This document shows, piece by piece, positions 30,023 to 41,205 of a DNA stretch of 64,000 nucleotides; the stretch's first letter is position 1; each line of letters opens with the position of its first letter. This stretch comes from Planctomycetales bacterium (GTDB lineage Bacteria; Planctomycetota; Planctomycetia; Planctomycetales; Planctomycetaceae), in the NCBI GenBank assembly GCA_044359065.1, contig JBIKMW010000001.1:133802-197801 (forward strand), read 5' to 3'. The notes below the pieces were generated by a model. The model searched no databases. It saw only the letters and a program-made list of their open reading frames with translations, and was not told the origin of the DNA. Made by a program: the position numbers and the translations under genes.

Positions 30023-31321
30023 TCACAACACCCGCAGCCAGAACGCTTTAAGGTATTCCGTCTCCGGGCAATCCACCGCCACGGGATGGTCCGCCCCCGC
30101 CCCCGTCCGGTCGAGCAGCTGCACCGTGCGCGGCACCAGCGTCAAATCGGTCGCGCTGCGGGGTGGATTCGGTCGCGAGGCCTGACGAATCACATCGAGG
30201 AACTCGTCCTTCCCCAACAGTCCCGAGCAGCTGCACGTCACGAGCAATCCACCGGGCGCCACCACCTGCAAGGCCAGTCGATTGAAGTCGAGGTATTTGC
30301 GACGCCCTTCCTCGATCTCCGCGCGGTTCCGAATCAGCTTGGGGGGGTCCAGCACCACCACGTCGTACCGTTTTTCTTCGCGAATCAGGTCGCGCAAATA
30401 CCCGAATGCGTCGGCATGCGTGAACTGGATCTTCGCGTTGTTCAGTTTCGCGTTCCGTTTGGCGACGGCGATTGCCTGTTCGTCGAGATCGACGGCTGTC
30501 ACGGACGCGGCCCCCCCTTGGGTCGCCGCGCGAACGGCGAATCCCCCGGTGTAGCAGCACACATCCAACACCCGCTTCCCCGCGCAGTGCGACGCCAGCC
30601 GCCTGCGGTTCTCCCGTTGGTCACAAAAGAAACCCGTTTTGTGGCCGGTCCCGAACGACACCTCGAACTTCGCGCCGTGTTCGTCGATCACCACGCGGTC
30701 GGGCAAACCGTCCGACGCTCGCGGTTCCGCTTGAAAGCCTTCCTGGCCGTGTGTTTGCGCGGGGGCTTGCACGAGGGTGTGGGTGGTCCCGACGATCGTC
30801 GCCAGTTCCCGCAGAATCGCCGACGAGCGTTGCAACATGCCGAGGCTGAACGCTTCGGCGGACAGCACGTCGCCGTAGCGATCGACGACGAGTCCCGGAA
30901 AGCCATCCCCCTCGCCATGAATCAACCGGCACGCGCCGGCGGCGACTTCGGCCGGCAACCATTCGCGTCGCAGGTCGACCGCGCGTTGCAACCGGTCCGT
31001 CCAGAACACGGTGTCCGGGGTTTCCGCCGAGTTCGTGAGCATCCGCACGGTGATTTCCGCGCGCGGGTTGTACAATCCGTGCCCCCACACCTCGCCGTCG
31101 GGGGTCAACACTCGGACCAAATCCCCCGGTTTCGCATCGGGCGATGCCTCGCCGATCAGCTTTCGATACAGATGCGGATGTCTGGACAAAGACCGCATCC
31201 GCACTGTCGGCGGGGTGCCGGAGACCGCCAAGTCCCGTTCGGCAAGAGGATCGAAATCCGCCGTCGCCGGGCGACGGGGACGGAATGGGCGAGGGGACGA
31301 CGGGCGGCTCGGGGATGTCAT
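30023..31321 (-). CDS. RlmI-like SAM-dependent rRNA (cytosine-C5) methyltransferase (PUA + MTase)
   Basis: PGDLVRVLTPDGEVWGHGLYNP, RLIHGEGDGFPGLVVDRYGDV, VLDVCCYTGGFAV, VVLDPPKL. ATG at 31321. The longer track ORF upstream is Arg/Ser-rich and not protein-like. Confidence 0.8.
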   Translation of the reverse strand: MTSPSRPSSPRPFRPRRPATADFDPLAERDLAVSGTPPTVRMRSLSRHPHLYRKLIGEASPDAKPGDLVRVLTPDGEVWGHGLYNPRAEITVRMLTNSAETPDTVFWTDRLQRAVDLRREWLPAEVAAGACRLIHGEGDGFPGLVVDRYGDVLSAEAFSLGMLQRSSAILRELATIVGTTHTLVQAPAQTHGQEGFQAEPRASDGLPDRVVIDEHGAKFEVSFGTGHKTGFFCDQRENRRRLASHCAGKRVLDVCCYTGGFAVRAATQGGAASVTAVDLDEQAIAVAKRNAKLNNAKIQFTHADAFGYLRDLIREEKRYDVVVLDPPKLIRNRAEIEEGRRKYLDFNRLALQVVAPGGLLVTCSCSGLLGKDEFLDVIRQASRPNPPRSATDLTLVPRTVQLLDRTGAGADHPVAVDCPETEYLKAFWLRVL

Positions 31322-31430
31322 CCCGCGAGAATACGCTGCCGCGCCGGCGGCGTCGAACAAGTTGCGGTCAACGTTTGCAAACGAATTTCCCCCGGGACAA
31401 CCCTCCGTGAGCGAAGCCAGCCGATTTCTG

Positions 31431-32555
31431 ATGACGACCTGCCGGGGCGGCGCGGAACGCGCCCTCAAGGGGGAAGTCGCCCGACTCCGCCCCGACTGGC
31501 GTCCCGCATACATGCGTCGCGGCTTCCTGACGTTCAAATGCCCGGCGACTGTCACGGACGACGAAGTGTTCGCAACCGATCTGGGCTTCGCCCGCCGACT
31601 CGCGATTCCGCTGGGGACCGTTGGCCAGGCTGCGTCGGGCGAGCCAATCACGTCGGGTGAGTCGGACGAGCGAACGGCGGCGGTGTGGAAACTCGCGGAA
31701 TCGCTCGTACCGGGCCCCGCGCACGTGCATGTTTGGCCGCGCGACGGCGCGCTCCGCCCCGAGAAGCCGGCGGGTGTCGCCGCAGTCGGGGACGCTGACG
31801 ACTCGGAGACCTCGCCACCTGATGAAGTCAAGGACGACCCCGTCGCCAGATATCTGGACGAGGTCCGCGAGTCGCTGGCCCGCACCGCTCCGCCCGCGTT
31901 CGCGGCCTTGGCCACCACCGAAGCGGAAACAAATCGCGCCGACGGCGAAGTCGTCCTCGATGTGTGCGTCGTGTCTCCCGACGAATGGCGGGTCGGGTGG
32001 CATCGCGCGACGGGAACACGTGGCCATTGGCCGGGGGGCCTGTTCGAGGAGGCGCTGCCGGACCACGCGGTGTCACGCGGTTACCTGAAGATTCGAGAAG
32101 CGCTGGCGTGGTCGGGCTTCGCGCCGGAACCGGGCGAATCGATCGTCGAGTTGGGGTGCGCTCCGGGCGGGGCCTCGCAAGCGCTGTTGGACCTGGGCCT
32201 CATGGTACATGGCTTCGACCCCGCCGATGTGGCCCCCGCGGTGATCGCTAGCGCGAACTTCAAGCATTGGCGCATGCGTTCCAAGGATGCGCCGCGAAAA
32301 GCGTTCGCGGGGATCGAATGGTTGTACGTCGACATCAACCTGCCGCCGAACTACACGCTCGACACCGTCGAGGGGTTGCTGCGGTCGCCGGGCGTCGAAT
32401 TCGCCGGACTGCTGTTGACGCTCAAGCTCCCCGATTGGGAACTCGCCGACGAACTTCCTCGGAATCTCGAACGTGTCCGCGGCTGGGGTTTCGAGCACGT
32501 CGCCATGCGGCAGTTGACGATGAACCGGCAAGAGGTCTGCGTCGCCGCCTGGTAG
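31431..32555 (+). CDS. RlmM/FtsJ-like SAM-dependent methyltransferase with a THUMP-like N-terminus
   Basis: ATG at 31431. GESIVELGCAPGGASQALLDLG (motif I) and WLYVDINLPP. Divergent from the RlmI-like gene, 109-bp spacer. Confidence 0.65.
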   Translation: MTTCRGGAERALKGEVARLRPDWRPAYMRRGFLTFKCPATVTDDEVFATDLGFARRLAIPLGTVGQAASGEPITSGESDERTAAVWKLAESLVPGPAHVHVWPRDGALRPEKPAGVAAVGDADDSETSPPDEVKDDPVARYLDEVRESLARTAPPAFAALATTEAETNRADGEVVLDVCVVSPDEWRVGWHRATGTRGHWPGGLFEEALPDHAVSRGYLKIREALAWSGFAPEPGESIVELGCAPGGASQALLDLGLMVHGFDPADVAPAVIASANFKHWRMRSKDAPRKAFAGIEWLYVDINLPPNYTLDTVEGLLRSPGVEFAGLLLTLKLPDWELADELPRNLERVRGWGFEHVAMRQLTMNRQEVCVAAW

Positions 32556-32576
32556 GCGACCTCGCCCACAAAAGAA

Positions 32577-32615
32577 ATCGGCGGGCTTGGAGAGTAAATC
32601 TCCGCGCCCGCCGAT
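32577..32615. terminator. Strong GC hairpin between convergent genes (candidate bidirectional terminator)
   Basis: atcggcgggc ... gcccgccgat is a perfect 10-bp stem enclosing an inner ggaga/tctcc pairing. It is followed by gcaagttttcgg. Confidence 0.5.
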
Positions 32616-32657
32616 GCAAGTTTTCGGTGTGCGTGCGATGCGGCGTGCCGGACCGGC

Positions 32658-33236
32658 TCAGGCAGCGCGGCCGAGGTTTTGGTCCTCGTCGTTGGACCAT
32701 TCGTCCTGGTCTTCGAGATCGCGCGAAATCCGCCCGCGCGTCAGAGACAGGTCGCGATAGTCGCCGTCCAACCGGTACGAGAACACGAACGCGTCCTCCC
32801 CCGTGTCGTCGAAGTGCGAGCGGGCCACCCCCACAGCGCGGAATCCCCGCGTGTGGAAGAACAGTTGCGCGGAAAGGTTCGTCTCGCGCAGCTCGACCAA
32901 AATCTCCTGCCGCCGTTGTTGCGACAGCTTGTTGACGAGCTTGTCGACCAACTGCCGACCGATGCCGAAATGCCGATGCGACGAGGCGACGGCGAAATTC
33001 AGCAATTGCAGCCGCGTCTTGTGGAGGCAGTACACCATGAAGCCGACGACGCGACCGTCGTGCTCGGCCACCATGCCGATGCAGTTGCGCTGACGCAGAC
33101 AGTTGAGGAAATCCTCTTCCGTCCAGTCGTATTCGAAACTCTCGCGCTCGATCCGCAACACATCGGGCATGTCGCGACGGATCATCCAGCGGATCTGCAC
33201 CGCCAATTGGGGCTTCGGCGAAGCGCTCTGACTCAT
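32658..33236 (-). CDS. GNAT N-acetyltransferase, RimI-like
   Basis: IRRDMPDVLRIERESF, GFMVYCL, LLNFAVASSHRHFGIGRQLVDKL. ATG at 33236. Confidence 0.8.
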   Translation of the reverse strand: MSQSASPKPQLAVQIRWMIRRDMPDVLRIERESFEYDWTEEDFLNCLRQRNCIGMVAEHDGRVVGFMVYCLHKTRLQLLNFAVASSHRHFGIGRQLVDKLVNKLSQQRRQEILVELRETNLSAQLFFHTRGFRAVGVARSHFDDTGEDAFVFSYRLDGDYRDLSLTRGRISRDLEDQDEWSNDEDQNLGRAA

Positions 33237-33468
33237 CGGGGCCTCCTTGCCTCGAACGGTCTTCGACCACATCGTCCCGGCCCATCCGATCGCGTCCTCG
33301 CGATCACATCGGCGGCGGTCTCCGACCACTTCTCCATACCGCGCGTTCCTTGCGCTCGGGATTCCACCCGTGGAGTGCGGGAGAATACCAACGTCCTTCC
33401 CGAGGGTGAAGATTGAGTTGCGGAAAAAAATCTTCGCCCCGGAACCGTGCGGACGACCGGACCTCGCG

Positions 33469-34602
33469 TCACGGTTGCATCACCCGCCAAATCGCCGGAT
33501 CCATCTCGTCCCTCACGGAATTCAGGCCAGGGGTCGGCAACAGCTTTTCGCTGGCAATGTCGTACAGGAACACGTCCCGTTCCCCCTCGCCGTCGAACCG
33601 CTCAGCCACCCACACCAGGTACCGCCCGTCGGCGGACAGCGCCGGCGACTGCTCTTGCCCCGCTGTGTTCACTCCGGCTAACCGGACGCCTCGCGCCCCC
33701 TCGAGGTCGTACAGCAGCACGTCACGCCCCCCTTCACCTCCATCGCCATCCGTGGAAATCGCCAACCACCGGCCATCGTCGCTCAGCGCGGGCTCCCCGT
33801 CGAAACGATCCGAGTTCAGGCCGGGCGTCGGTACCTCGCGACCGGCGATCAGGTCGACCACGCGTACGTCGGTCCCCGTTTCCCCGCCCGACCAACTCGC
33901 AAACGCCAGCAACCGACCGTCCGCCGACATCGAAGGCGATCGCTCGTCCCCTTTGCCCGTCGACACCAACCCCTTCGACACATTTCCCGGCGCGCCGTTC
34001 GCCGACGGGAACGCGATCGGTTCGAGCTTTTTCGCCCCGAGGTCGTAAGCGACCACGTCCCATCGCCCCGGTTGGCCGGGGCGCGACCACGCGTCGAACA
34101 CCAACTTCGGCCCCGCTCCCGCCAACACCGGGTTCCCCTGCGCGTGCGGTGTGTCGTTCAACCCAGGCAACTCCAGCGATTTGGATTCCCGCAGGTCCCA
34201 CACCTGGATCGTCGACGGCACCCCTTCGGCCTCGCTCGCGTACGTCAAAAACCGCCCGTCGGCGGAGAACGCCGGGTGGTGGTCGCTGCGCTTGTTGACC
34301 GAGGGGAACGCGGGCTTGAGCACCCCCGCGCCAACCCCGTCGTGTTCGTACAGAAGAATCTCCGGATGCTGCACGCGGTTGCGGTAGGAGGAGACGGCCA
34401 GTCGGAGAGCAACGTTGGGTTTGGCGGGTTCCTCAGCCGGGACGGGGGCCGCGCAAAAGCTGAGGACCAACAACGCCAGCGCAACGCCGCGCCCTGCAAA
34501 AACCGAGTGGTTCGCGTTCTTGCTCTTCACAAGCGACGGTGACTCGCAAGGTGCCCGCAGGCAATCCGGCTCGGGTCGCTTTTTGTGCATGGCGTTGAGC
34601 AT
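33469..34602 (-). CDS. Periplasmic PD40/TolB-like beta-propeller protein
   Basis: Signal GVALALLVLSFCAAPVPA. Repeated P-x-xS-DGR-hh(F/Y) units are present: PAFSADGRFLTY, PSMSADGRLLAF, PALSDDGRWLAI, PALSADGRYLVW. ATG at 34602 or 34590. Confidence 0.75.
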   Translation of the reverse strand: MLNAMHKKRPEPDCLRAPCESPSLVKSKNANHSVFAGRGVALALLVLSFCAAPVPAEEPAKPNVALRLAVSSYRNRVQHPEILLYEHDGVGAGVLKPAFPSVNKRSDHHPAFSADGRFLTYASEAEGVPSTIQVWDLRESKSLELPGLNDTPHAQGNPVLAGAGPKLVFDAWSRPGQPGRWDVVAYDLGAKKLEPIAFPSANGAPGNVSKGLVSTGKGDERSPSMSADGRLLAFASWSGGETGTDVRVVDLIAGREVPTPGLNSDRFDGEPALSDDGRWLAISTDGDGGEGGRDVLLYDLEGARGVRLAGVNTAGQEQSPALSADGRYLVWVAERFDGEGERDVFLYDIASEKLLPTPGLNSVRDEMDPAIWRVMQP

Positions 34603-34882
34603 GGTGGAGACGCCTCCATCCCCGCAGGGGGATTCGCGTGGAAAGCCGGGAACGGGCCGATCTACGCCCGCAAAATGCAAAGGTTCACGGACTTCAAACC
34701 ATTCGACGACCTACGGCAACGACTGCGGCCCGTGGGGACGGCCCGCAACCGCACTTCGCGCTGAGACCAGTACGCTGCCCTGATGATCCTGTACGATTTC
34801 GATCCGACCGTCCACACCCTGCAAGTCATTCGGCAGTTCGCCACGCTCGAAAGAGCCCCGCGTCTGTGCGGTGCGAATCCGA

Positions 34883-35146
34883 TCATCGCCAACCTGACGG
34901 CGCGAGCCGTCCCACATGAGGCCTCGCTGGCGGAGTAAACACCGCAAACCGGTGCCGCAGAGCAGCCGGGCCATGGCGATACACCGCCAGATGCGCCAAG
35001 AATGCCCGAACCTCGGTCGGCGCCAATTCTCTCGGGGCCTGCGTATTGTGAAACAGGATGAACCGCGTACGCCTGGCAACGCACGACCTCTCCGTGCGAT
35101 ACACCGGATGTGTGACCCGGCAGGCATGGGCGACTCGGTCAAGAAC
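34883..35146 (-). pseudogene. Decayed tyrosine-recombinase fragment (integron-integrase-like N-terminal SAM-like domain only)
   Basis: VLDRVAHACRVTHPVYRTERSCVARRTRFILFHNTQAPRELAPTEVRAFLAHLAV parallels the LLD-VR--IR-RHYS-RTE-AYV-WI-RFI-FH------E-----EV--FL-HLAV pattern. No start codon, catalytic domain or continuous frame is present. Confidence 0.4.
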
Positions 35147-35417
35147 CCGGGGTCTTCGCCAGGTCGCTGCGATTGCGGAGAGGCTGGAAGTGACGGACGC
35201 ACGCCGGGTCGAGATCGTGAGGGCGACGCCAAAGCACGGTGGAGAAAGTGTGGTGCAGCACAGGATTCCGACCGGAGATCGATCGCAACTCGTTTGATTT
35301 TCTGATGCGTTAAAATTAAGAAGCTCATGCCACGTCGCCAAACAATGGTAAAATCTGACCGCATTTCGGCGGCCGAATACCTGTTCGGCGATTATCCACA
35401 CGCACGGAGAAACTCGA

Positions 35418-35846
35418 ATGCAACGCTCAACGATTCTTGCCGTCGTCGCCGCCTTCTTCGCTTGCATGAATTGCAATGCGAACGAACTCAAAGACGACGA
35501 CACCGTGTCAGTTAGTATTTCTCAAGGCCTAGATAGAAATAAAGAAAAAGTCCCGTGGCAATTCGCATTTCACACAGTTCGCCCAGACAGATCGGGAGAG
35601 ACTGTAGCCAGAACAACAATCGTCACCGACAGGAAAAATAGAATCATCGAAGTTAAAACTCAACAGGCCGACGACTTGGGCAAACACGAATCCTCTTTTT
35701 CCATTGTCGACAAGACGCGAAAGGAGGGGCGTTACCGAGTCACTGTTTTGTTCGGCACAGGTTTCGAGCCAGAAGACCGGAAGTACTCACACCAATTGAT
35801 GCAGGAAATAAGCATCGACAAGAATGGCATGTTGCTTTCCGATTGA
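35418..35846 (+). CDS. Small secreted orphan protein in an AT-richer patch
   Basis: ATG at 35418. Signal-like ILAVVAAFFACMNCNA. K/D/E/I-rich composition and AT-rich codons, unlike the neighbouring genes. No family was recognised. Confidence 0.55.
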   Translation: MQRSTILAVVAAFFACMNCNANELKDDDTVSVSISQGLDRNKEKVPWQFAFHTVRPDRSGETVARTTIVTDRKNRIIEVKTQQADDLGKHESSFSIVDKTRKEGRYRVTVLFGTGFEPEDRKYSHQLMQEISIDKNGMLLSD

Positions 35847-36066
35847 GGGAGACTACTCCCGAGCCACTTCACGAAATGTAGCGGTGCGCCGTATCATATG
35901 GGCGTCCGGCGTCCGCAATATCCGTCCTGCCATCGGGCAAACAATTCCGTAAGTGGCACATCATCGAGAGTAGAACAGATCGACGAACAAGGCGATCAAC
36001 CGGGGCGGCCGGCGGCGCACTGTTCATGTTTCAACGTTTTTGGTCGCCGACGGGTTACCCTGGTCG

Positions 36067-36129
36067 TTAAGACCTTCGCACTTTTCCCAGCGCCCAGGCG
36101 AACCCAACCCGCTCCACACAGCGACCCAT
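36067..36129 (-). pseudogene. 21-codon stub that may be the decapitated start of an FtsX/DevC-type permease gene
   Basis: The ATG lies 6 nt after the membrane-fusion gene stop. MGRCVERVGFAWALGKVRRS-stop resembles the (L/I)AWR-L---K-RS N-terminal permease motif. The AT-richer insert follows. Confidence 0.3.
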
Positions 36130-36135
36130 CCTGCC

Positions 36136-37281
36136 CTAACGGGTCCCCACAGCGATCCGGACCTCGACGCGGGCGTTCGAGAGACGCGCGACGCGGAGGG
36201 CGTCCGCCGGGACCAGCGCGACGCGGACTTCCAGGATGCGGGCGTCGGTGTCGCTGACCGGGTCGTTGGACAGCACGACTTTTCGCCCCACGATGTGCCC
36301 CAATTCGACCACCGTCCCCGAAAGCGTCTCCCCGGTGCCGTCGATCAGCACTTCGGCCGATTGACCGACCGCCAGCCGCGAGACATCCCCCTCGAACACC
36401 TCGGCGACCGCCTCCATGTGGTCCACGTCCCCGAGTTCGAGGATCCCCTTTTCGGCGACTTTCTCGCCGGGCCGGGAATGGATTTTCAACACGCGCCCCG
36501 TGGAGGGAGCAAGCAACTCCGCTTCGGCGAGGTTTGTCCGCGCGGTGGCCAGCACGGCCTCGGCGCTCGCCAATTCGCGCTCGCGTACGAGCACATCCGT
36601 CTCCCGAACCTGCGAGAGCGCCTCCAACTGATGCTCGGCCCGCCGGTGTTCGAGGACGATGCGGTCCAGCGCCCACTGTTTGTCCTCGAATTCCTCAGTG
36701 GACAGCGCCTTTTTGCCGACGAGAAGCTGCGCGCGGTCCCGGTCCCGTCGCTCCACGCGAATCTGTTGCGCGAGCAGTTCGACCTGCTCCTTCTGCGCCG
36801 CGATCTCGGCGGGCTTGGCCCCCGCCTTCGTCTGGGCCAGCCGCGCTTCGGCGGCGGCCCGCGCCGCTTCGGCTTCCGCGACGGCCGCTTGTCGGCGATT
36901 CCAATTGTCGAGGCGGGCCAGCACGGCCCCTTCCTGCACCAAGTCTCCCTCAGCCACGCGGAGCGATTGTACGCGAGCGGATTCCTGCCCGGCGGGCGGA
37001 GCCAGACGGATCAAACGTCCTTTCGGCTCCAACCGCCCCAAGGCGTGGACATGCCCGAATCGCGCCTCGGACGGAGCACGCCCATGGGCGGCGGGTGTCG
37101 CGTCGGACGCGGGAGCCGGGGTACTCGCCGCATCGCCCGCTCGGCCGCGCCAATGATCGCCATACGCGATCCCGAGCGCGGCGGCGGCCGCGAGCAGGCC
37201 AACCAGCAGAACCAGGGAGAGCGCTCGCCGCACGATGGAAACTCGCCTTGCAGGCACCACAGAATGGACGGCCGCGTTCAT
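36136..37281 (-). CDS. HlyD/DevB-family membrane-fusion (periplasmic adaptor) protein
   Basis: TM segment LSLVLLVGLLAAAAALGIA. ALGRLEPKGRLIRLAPP...RVQSLRVAEGDLVQEGAVLARLD. A coiled-coil hairpin, then a beta-barrel tail. Confidence 0.8.
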   Translation of the reverse strand: MNAAVHSVVPARRVSIVRRALSLVLLVGLLAAAAALGIAYGDHWRGRAGDAASTPAPASDATPAAHGRAPSEARFGHVHALGRLEPKGRLIRLAPPAGQESARVQSLRVAEGDLVQEGAVLARLDNWNRRQAAVAEAEAARAAAEARLAQTKAGAKPAEIAAQKEQVELLAQQIRVERRDRDRAQLLVGKKALSTEEFEDKQWALDRIVLEHRRAEHQLEALSQVRETDVLVRERELASAEAVLATARTNLAEAELLAPSTGRVLKIHSRPGEKVAEKGILELGDVDHMEAVAEVFEGDVSRLAVGQSAEVLIDGTGETLSGTVVELGHIVGRKVVLSNDPVSDTDARILEVRVALVPADALRVARLSNARVEVRIAVGTR

Positions 37282-37991
37282 GACCGGTCCTCCACGGCGA
37301 GGGCTTTCCGCGGATGTTGCGCGCGGGGCTTGGTCGCGCCGGGTTTGGCCACCCGAGGTTTTCGGGGCGGCGGCGCCTCAGGGACCGCTTGGAGAATCTC
37401 GGCGTCCGCAGCAACTTTCCGTCGCAATTCCTCGCAGACGCGGCGGAACAAGGGATCGTCCCGATCGATCAGCCCGATGAACTGCCACAAGAACAGCCCA
37501 TCCACAGCCAGCCACACGAGCAGTTGATCGACCCCGCCATTGGACTCGGCCAAGAACCGCTGCTGCATGCGTTTGGCCATGCTTCGTAGCGGTTCAATCA
37601 AGCCGGGATTGTTCACTGCCGCCGCGAGCGTGGCGAGCAGGAATTTGTCGACCATCTCGGGTTGAAACAGAGCCCCCCCGTCCGAGGATGGGGGCACGGC
37701 CTCGTCGGCGGGAAACACCATGTGCAGCAGCGCCCGCGCCCATCGCCCGCGCGGCTCGGGGTCGTCCGCGATCCGGCGGAGCATCGCTTCTTCGAGCTTC
37801 GCGCCGAAGTGCTCGATCATGGCCCGGACAAGATGGTCCTTGGTGGGGAAGTGATACATCACCCCCCCCTTGCTGACCCCCGCCTCGCGGGCGACGTTGT
37901 CGAGGGTCATGGACAAGATGCCGTCGCGACCCGCCGTGCGGATCGCGGCTTCGCACAGTTCGTCGCGGGTCGAACGGGCCTTGGCGGACAT
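37278..37991 (-). CDS. TetR/AcrR-family transcriptional regulator
   Basis: LTLDNVAREAGVSKGGVMYHFPTKDHLV is the HTH. The stop overlaps the downstream start (ATGA at 37278-37281). Confidence 0.85.
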   Translation of the reverse strand: MSAKARSTRDELCEAAIRTAGRDGILSMTLDNVAREAGVSKGGVMYHFPTKDHLVRAMIEHFGAKLEEAMLRRIADDPEPRGRWARALLHMVFPADEAVPPSSDGGALFQPEMVDKFLLATLAAAVNNPGLIEPLRSMAKRMQQRFLAESNGGVDQLLVWLAVDGLFLWQFIGLIDRDDPLFRRVCEELRRKVAADAEILQAVPEAPPPRKPRVAKPGATKPRAQHPRKALAVEDRS

Positions 37992-38050
37992 GATTGGGAT
38001 GTCCTCAACACGGAAGCCCGCAAACCATACGGGCGGTACACCATAACTAT

Positions 38051-38064
38051 ACCGACTGGTCGGT
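38051..38064. promoter_or_regulatory. Candidate TetR operator (6-2-6 inverted repeat)
   Basis: accgac tg gtcggt, 60 nt upstream of the TetR start, flanked by the AT-rich tat...tttt. Confidence 0.3.
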
Positions 38065-38240
38065 TTTCGACAAGAAGGGGCCGCGCCGTTTTTTGTCGCA
38101 AGACGTCCGGCGCACGGTGATTTCGAGTGTGGTTCTCTCGCGACTTCCGGGCGTCGCGAAGTTTTGGATCGGAGCGGGTATCATCCCGCAGGTGGCCGTT
38201 TCCCGTCGGGCCACGAATCTTTCCGTAACGAGGACCCGTC

Positions 38241-39623
<1,383 letters not shown>

Positions 39624-39660
39624 ACAACGTGCCAAATGGGAATCAAGAAATCGAACCAAA

Positions 39661-39730
39661 GAGGACACGGAGTTTCACAGAGAAATACAAAGAACGGAAT
39701 TTCATTTCCTCTGTGTCACTCCGTGTCCTC
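39661..39730 (+). terminator. Long imperfect hairpin (22-nt arms, 20/22 paired, 26-nt AT-rich loop) after the oxidoreductase gene
   Basis: gaggacacggagtttcacagag ... ctctgtgtcactccgtgtcctc, with gaaaattttt 9 nt downstream. Confidence 0.4.
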
Positions 39731-39794
39731 TGTGGTGAAAATTTTTCCTTCGACACCCCCGCGCGATCCATACCCCTTTTGCCCGATTCGCTCC

Positions 39795-40766
39795 ATGCCC
39801 GAGTTTGTCGAGATCGACGGCGTTCGTTTGACGCTTTCCTCCCCCGATCCGTCCGACGGCGAGTGGATCGGCCAGGCCGAAATCCTCTCGCAGGTGCTGG
39901 CGTGTTGGCTGGTTGTGGACGAGCGGGACCTCCCCTTGGCCCCCCGGCTGGTGGGCTCGCCCGGCATCGGCAAAACGACGCTCGGGATGGCCGCCGCGCG
40001 CCGCCGTGGTCAACCGCTGTACGTCTACCAGTGCACCGCTGACACCCGCCCCGAGGATTTGCTGGTAACCCCCGTTCTCGCGGAGAGCGGCAAGATCGCC
40101 TACCACGCCTCGCCGCTGGTCACAGCGATGCTCAAGGGGGGGGTGTGCCTGCTCGACGAGGGGAACCGCATGAACGAGAAGTCGTGGGCCAGCCTGGCTC
40201 CGTTGCTCGATCATCGGCGCACCGTCGAGTCGATGGTCGCCGGCATCACCGTCCGCGCCCATCCCGACTTCCGCTGCGCTGTCACGATGAATGACGACGA
40301 ATCGGTGTTCGAGGTCCCCGACTACATCCTCAGCCGCATCCAACCGACGCTGACCATCGGACATCCCGACCGCCGCGACGAGTTGGCGATCCTCAAGTAC
40401 CACCTGCCGTTCGTCGAAGACCAAATGCTTGCCCTGACGGTCGACTTCCTGCAACAAGCGCACGAGCTGAACCTCGACTTCTCGACGCGCGACGGGATCA
40501 ACGTCCTGCGGTACGCGGTCAAGCGCTTGGCCCAGGTGCCGGGTCATCCGGTCGAGCGCGACAAGGTGTGGCGGGAAGCGCTCGAACGCTGCCTGGGCGA
40601 GGACGCCATCGACCTGGAGCGACTGGCCGAACGCAAGCGGCGCACCTTGGGTGGCGACGCCGTCCCGACGGGGCTGGGGGACTTCTTCTTCGCCCCGGAC
40701 GATCCGTTGCACCCCGACAATCGGGGGGACGACGAGGACATCGACGACGACGACGAAGATGGGTGA
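39795..40766 (+). CDS. MoxR/CbbQ-like AAA+ ATPase with an acidic C-terminal tail
   Basis: ATG at 39795. Walker [12 protein letters not shown], Walker [10 protein letters not shown], sensor region FRCAVTMND. The tail is [16 protein letters not shown]. Confidence 0.8.
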   Translation: MPEFVEIDGVRLTLSSPDPSDGEWIGQAEILSQVLACWLVVDERDLPLAPRLVGSPGIGKTTLGMAAARRRGQPLYVYQCTADTRPEDLLVTPVLAESGKIAYHASPLVTAMLKGGVCLLDEGNRMNEKSWASLAPLLDHRRTVESMVAGITVRAHPDFRCAVTMNDDESVFEVPDYILSRIQPTLTIGHPDRRDELAILKYHLPFVEDQMLALTVDFLQQAHELNLDFSTRDGINVLRYAVKRLAQVPGHPVERDKVWREALERCLGEDAIDLERLAERKRRTLGGDAVPTGLGDFFFAPDDPLHPDNRGDDEDIDDDDEDG

Positions 40767-41205
40767 CGGGCCATGCCGACGCGGGTGACTCATGGTCCCG
40801 CCTCGCGCCGAGCGTGTCGCTGCGATTTGCGAATTCCCAGTCGTAGCCCAACGCGTGAGCGAGGGAATCAGCCTGAACATTGGGGGAAATCGCAATCCGC
40901 GCAGAGAGTCGATTCGAATCCCTCACTCACGCGTCAACGTGCGATAAATCACACACTGCGTAGCGGGGGTGGGTTGCGGAGCAAAAAAGAAAGGGAGCCA
41001 TCGAGCATCCGGGACATGAAGGACAAGCTTTGATCTGAGACTTCGTTCCTCGACCGAAGCGGCCATTGACCGCGTCGCCCAGACGCTGGAAGCCGTGGCT
41101 AATGCACCTGCTGGTCGCCAATACGGCTTCGCGCGACACCACATCATTGCCGGTTCCTTGGTGGGGGCACACACCCGTCCCGCCTTCTTGCTAGCTTGAT
41201 TCATC

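Noticed and set aside
40853-40932. tRNA-like element: gcgtgag...ttcgaatccctcactcacgc, with a 7-bp acceptor-like stem and a TTCGAAT loop-like motif at an island boundary
   Set aside because: I tried to fold it as a cloverleaf on both strands. No T-stem pairs with ccctc in register and no D or anticodon arms form. It reads instead as a 13-nt imperfect inverted repeat with a 54-nt loop. It is not a tRNA. It might still be an att-like or structural element, but I cannot support that.
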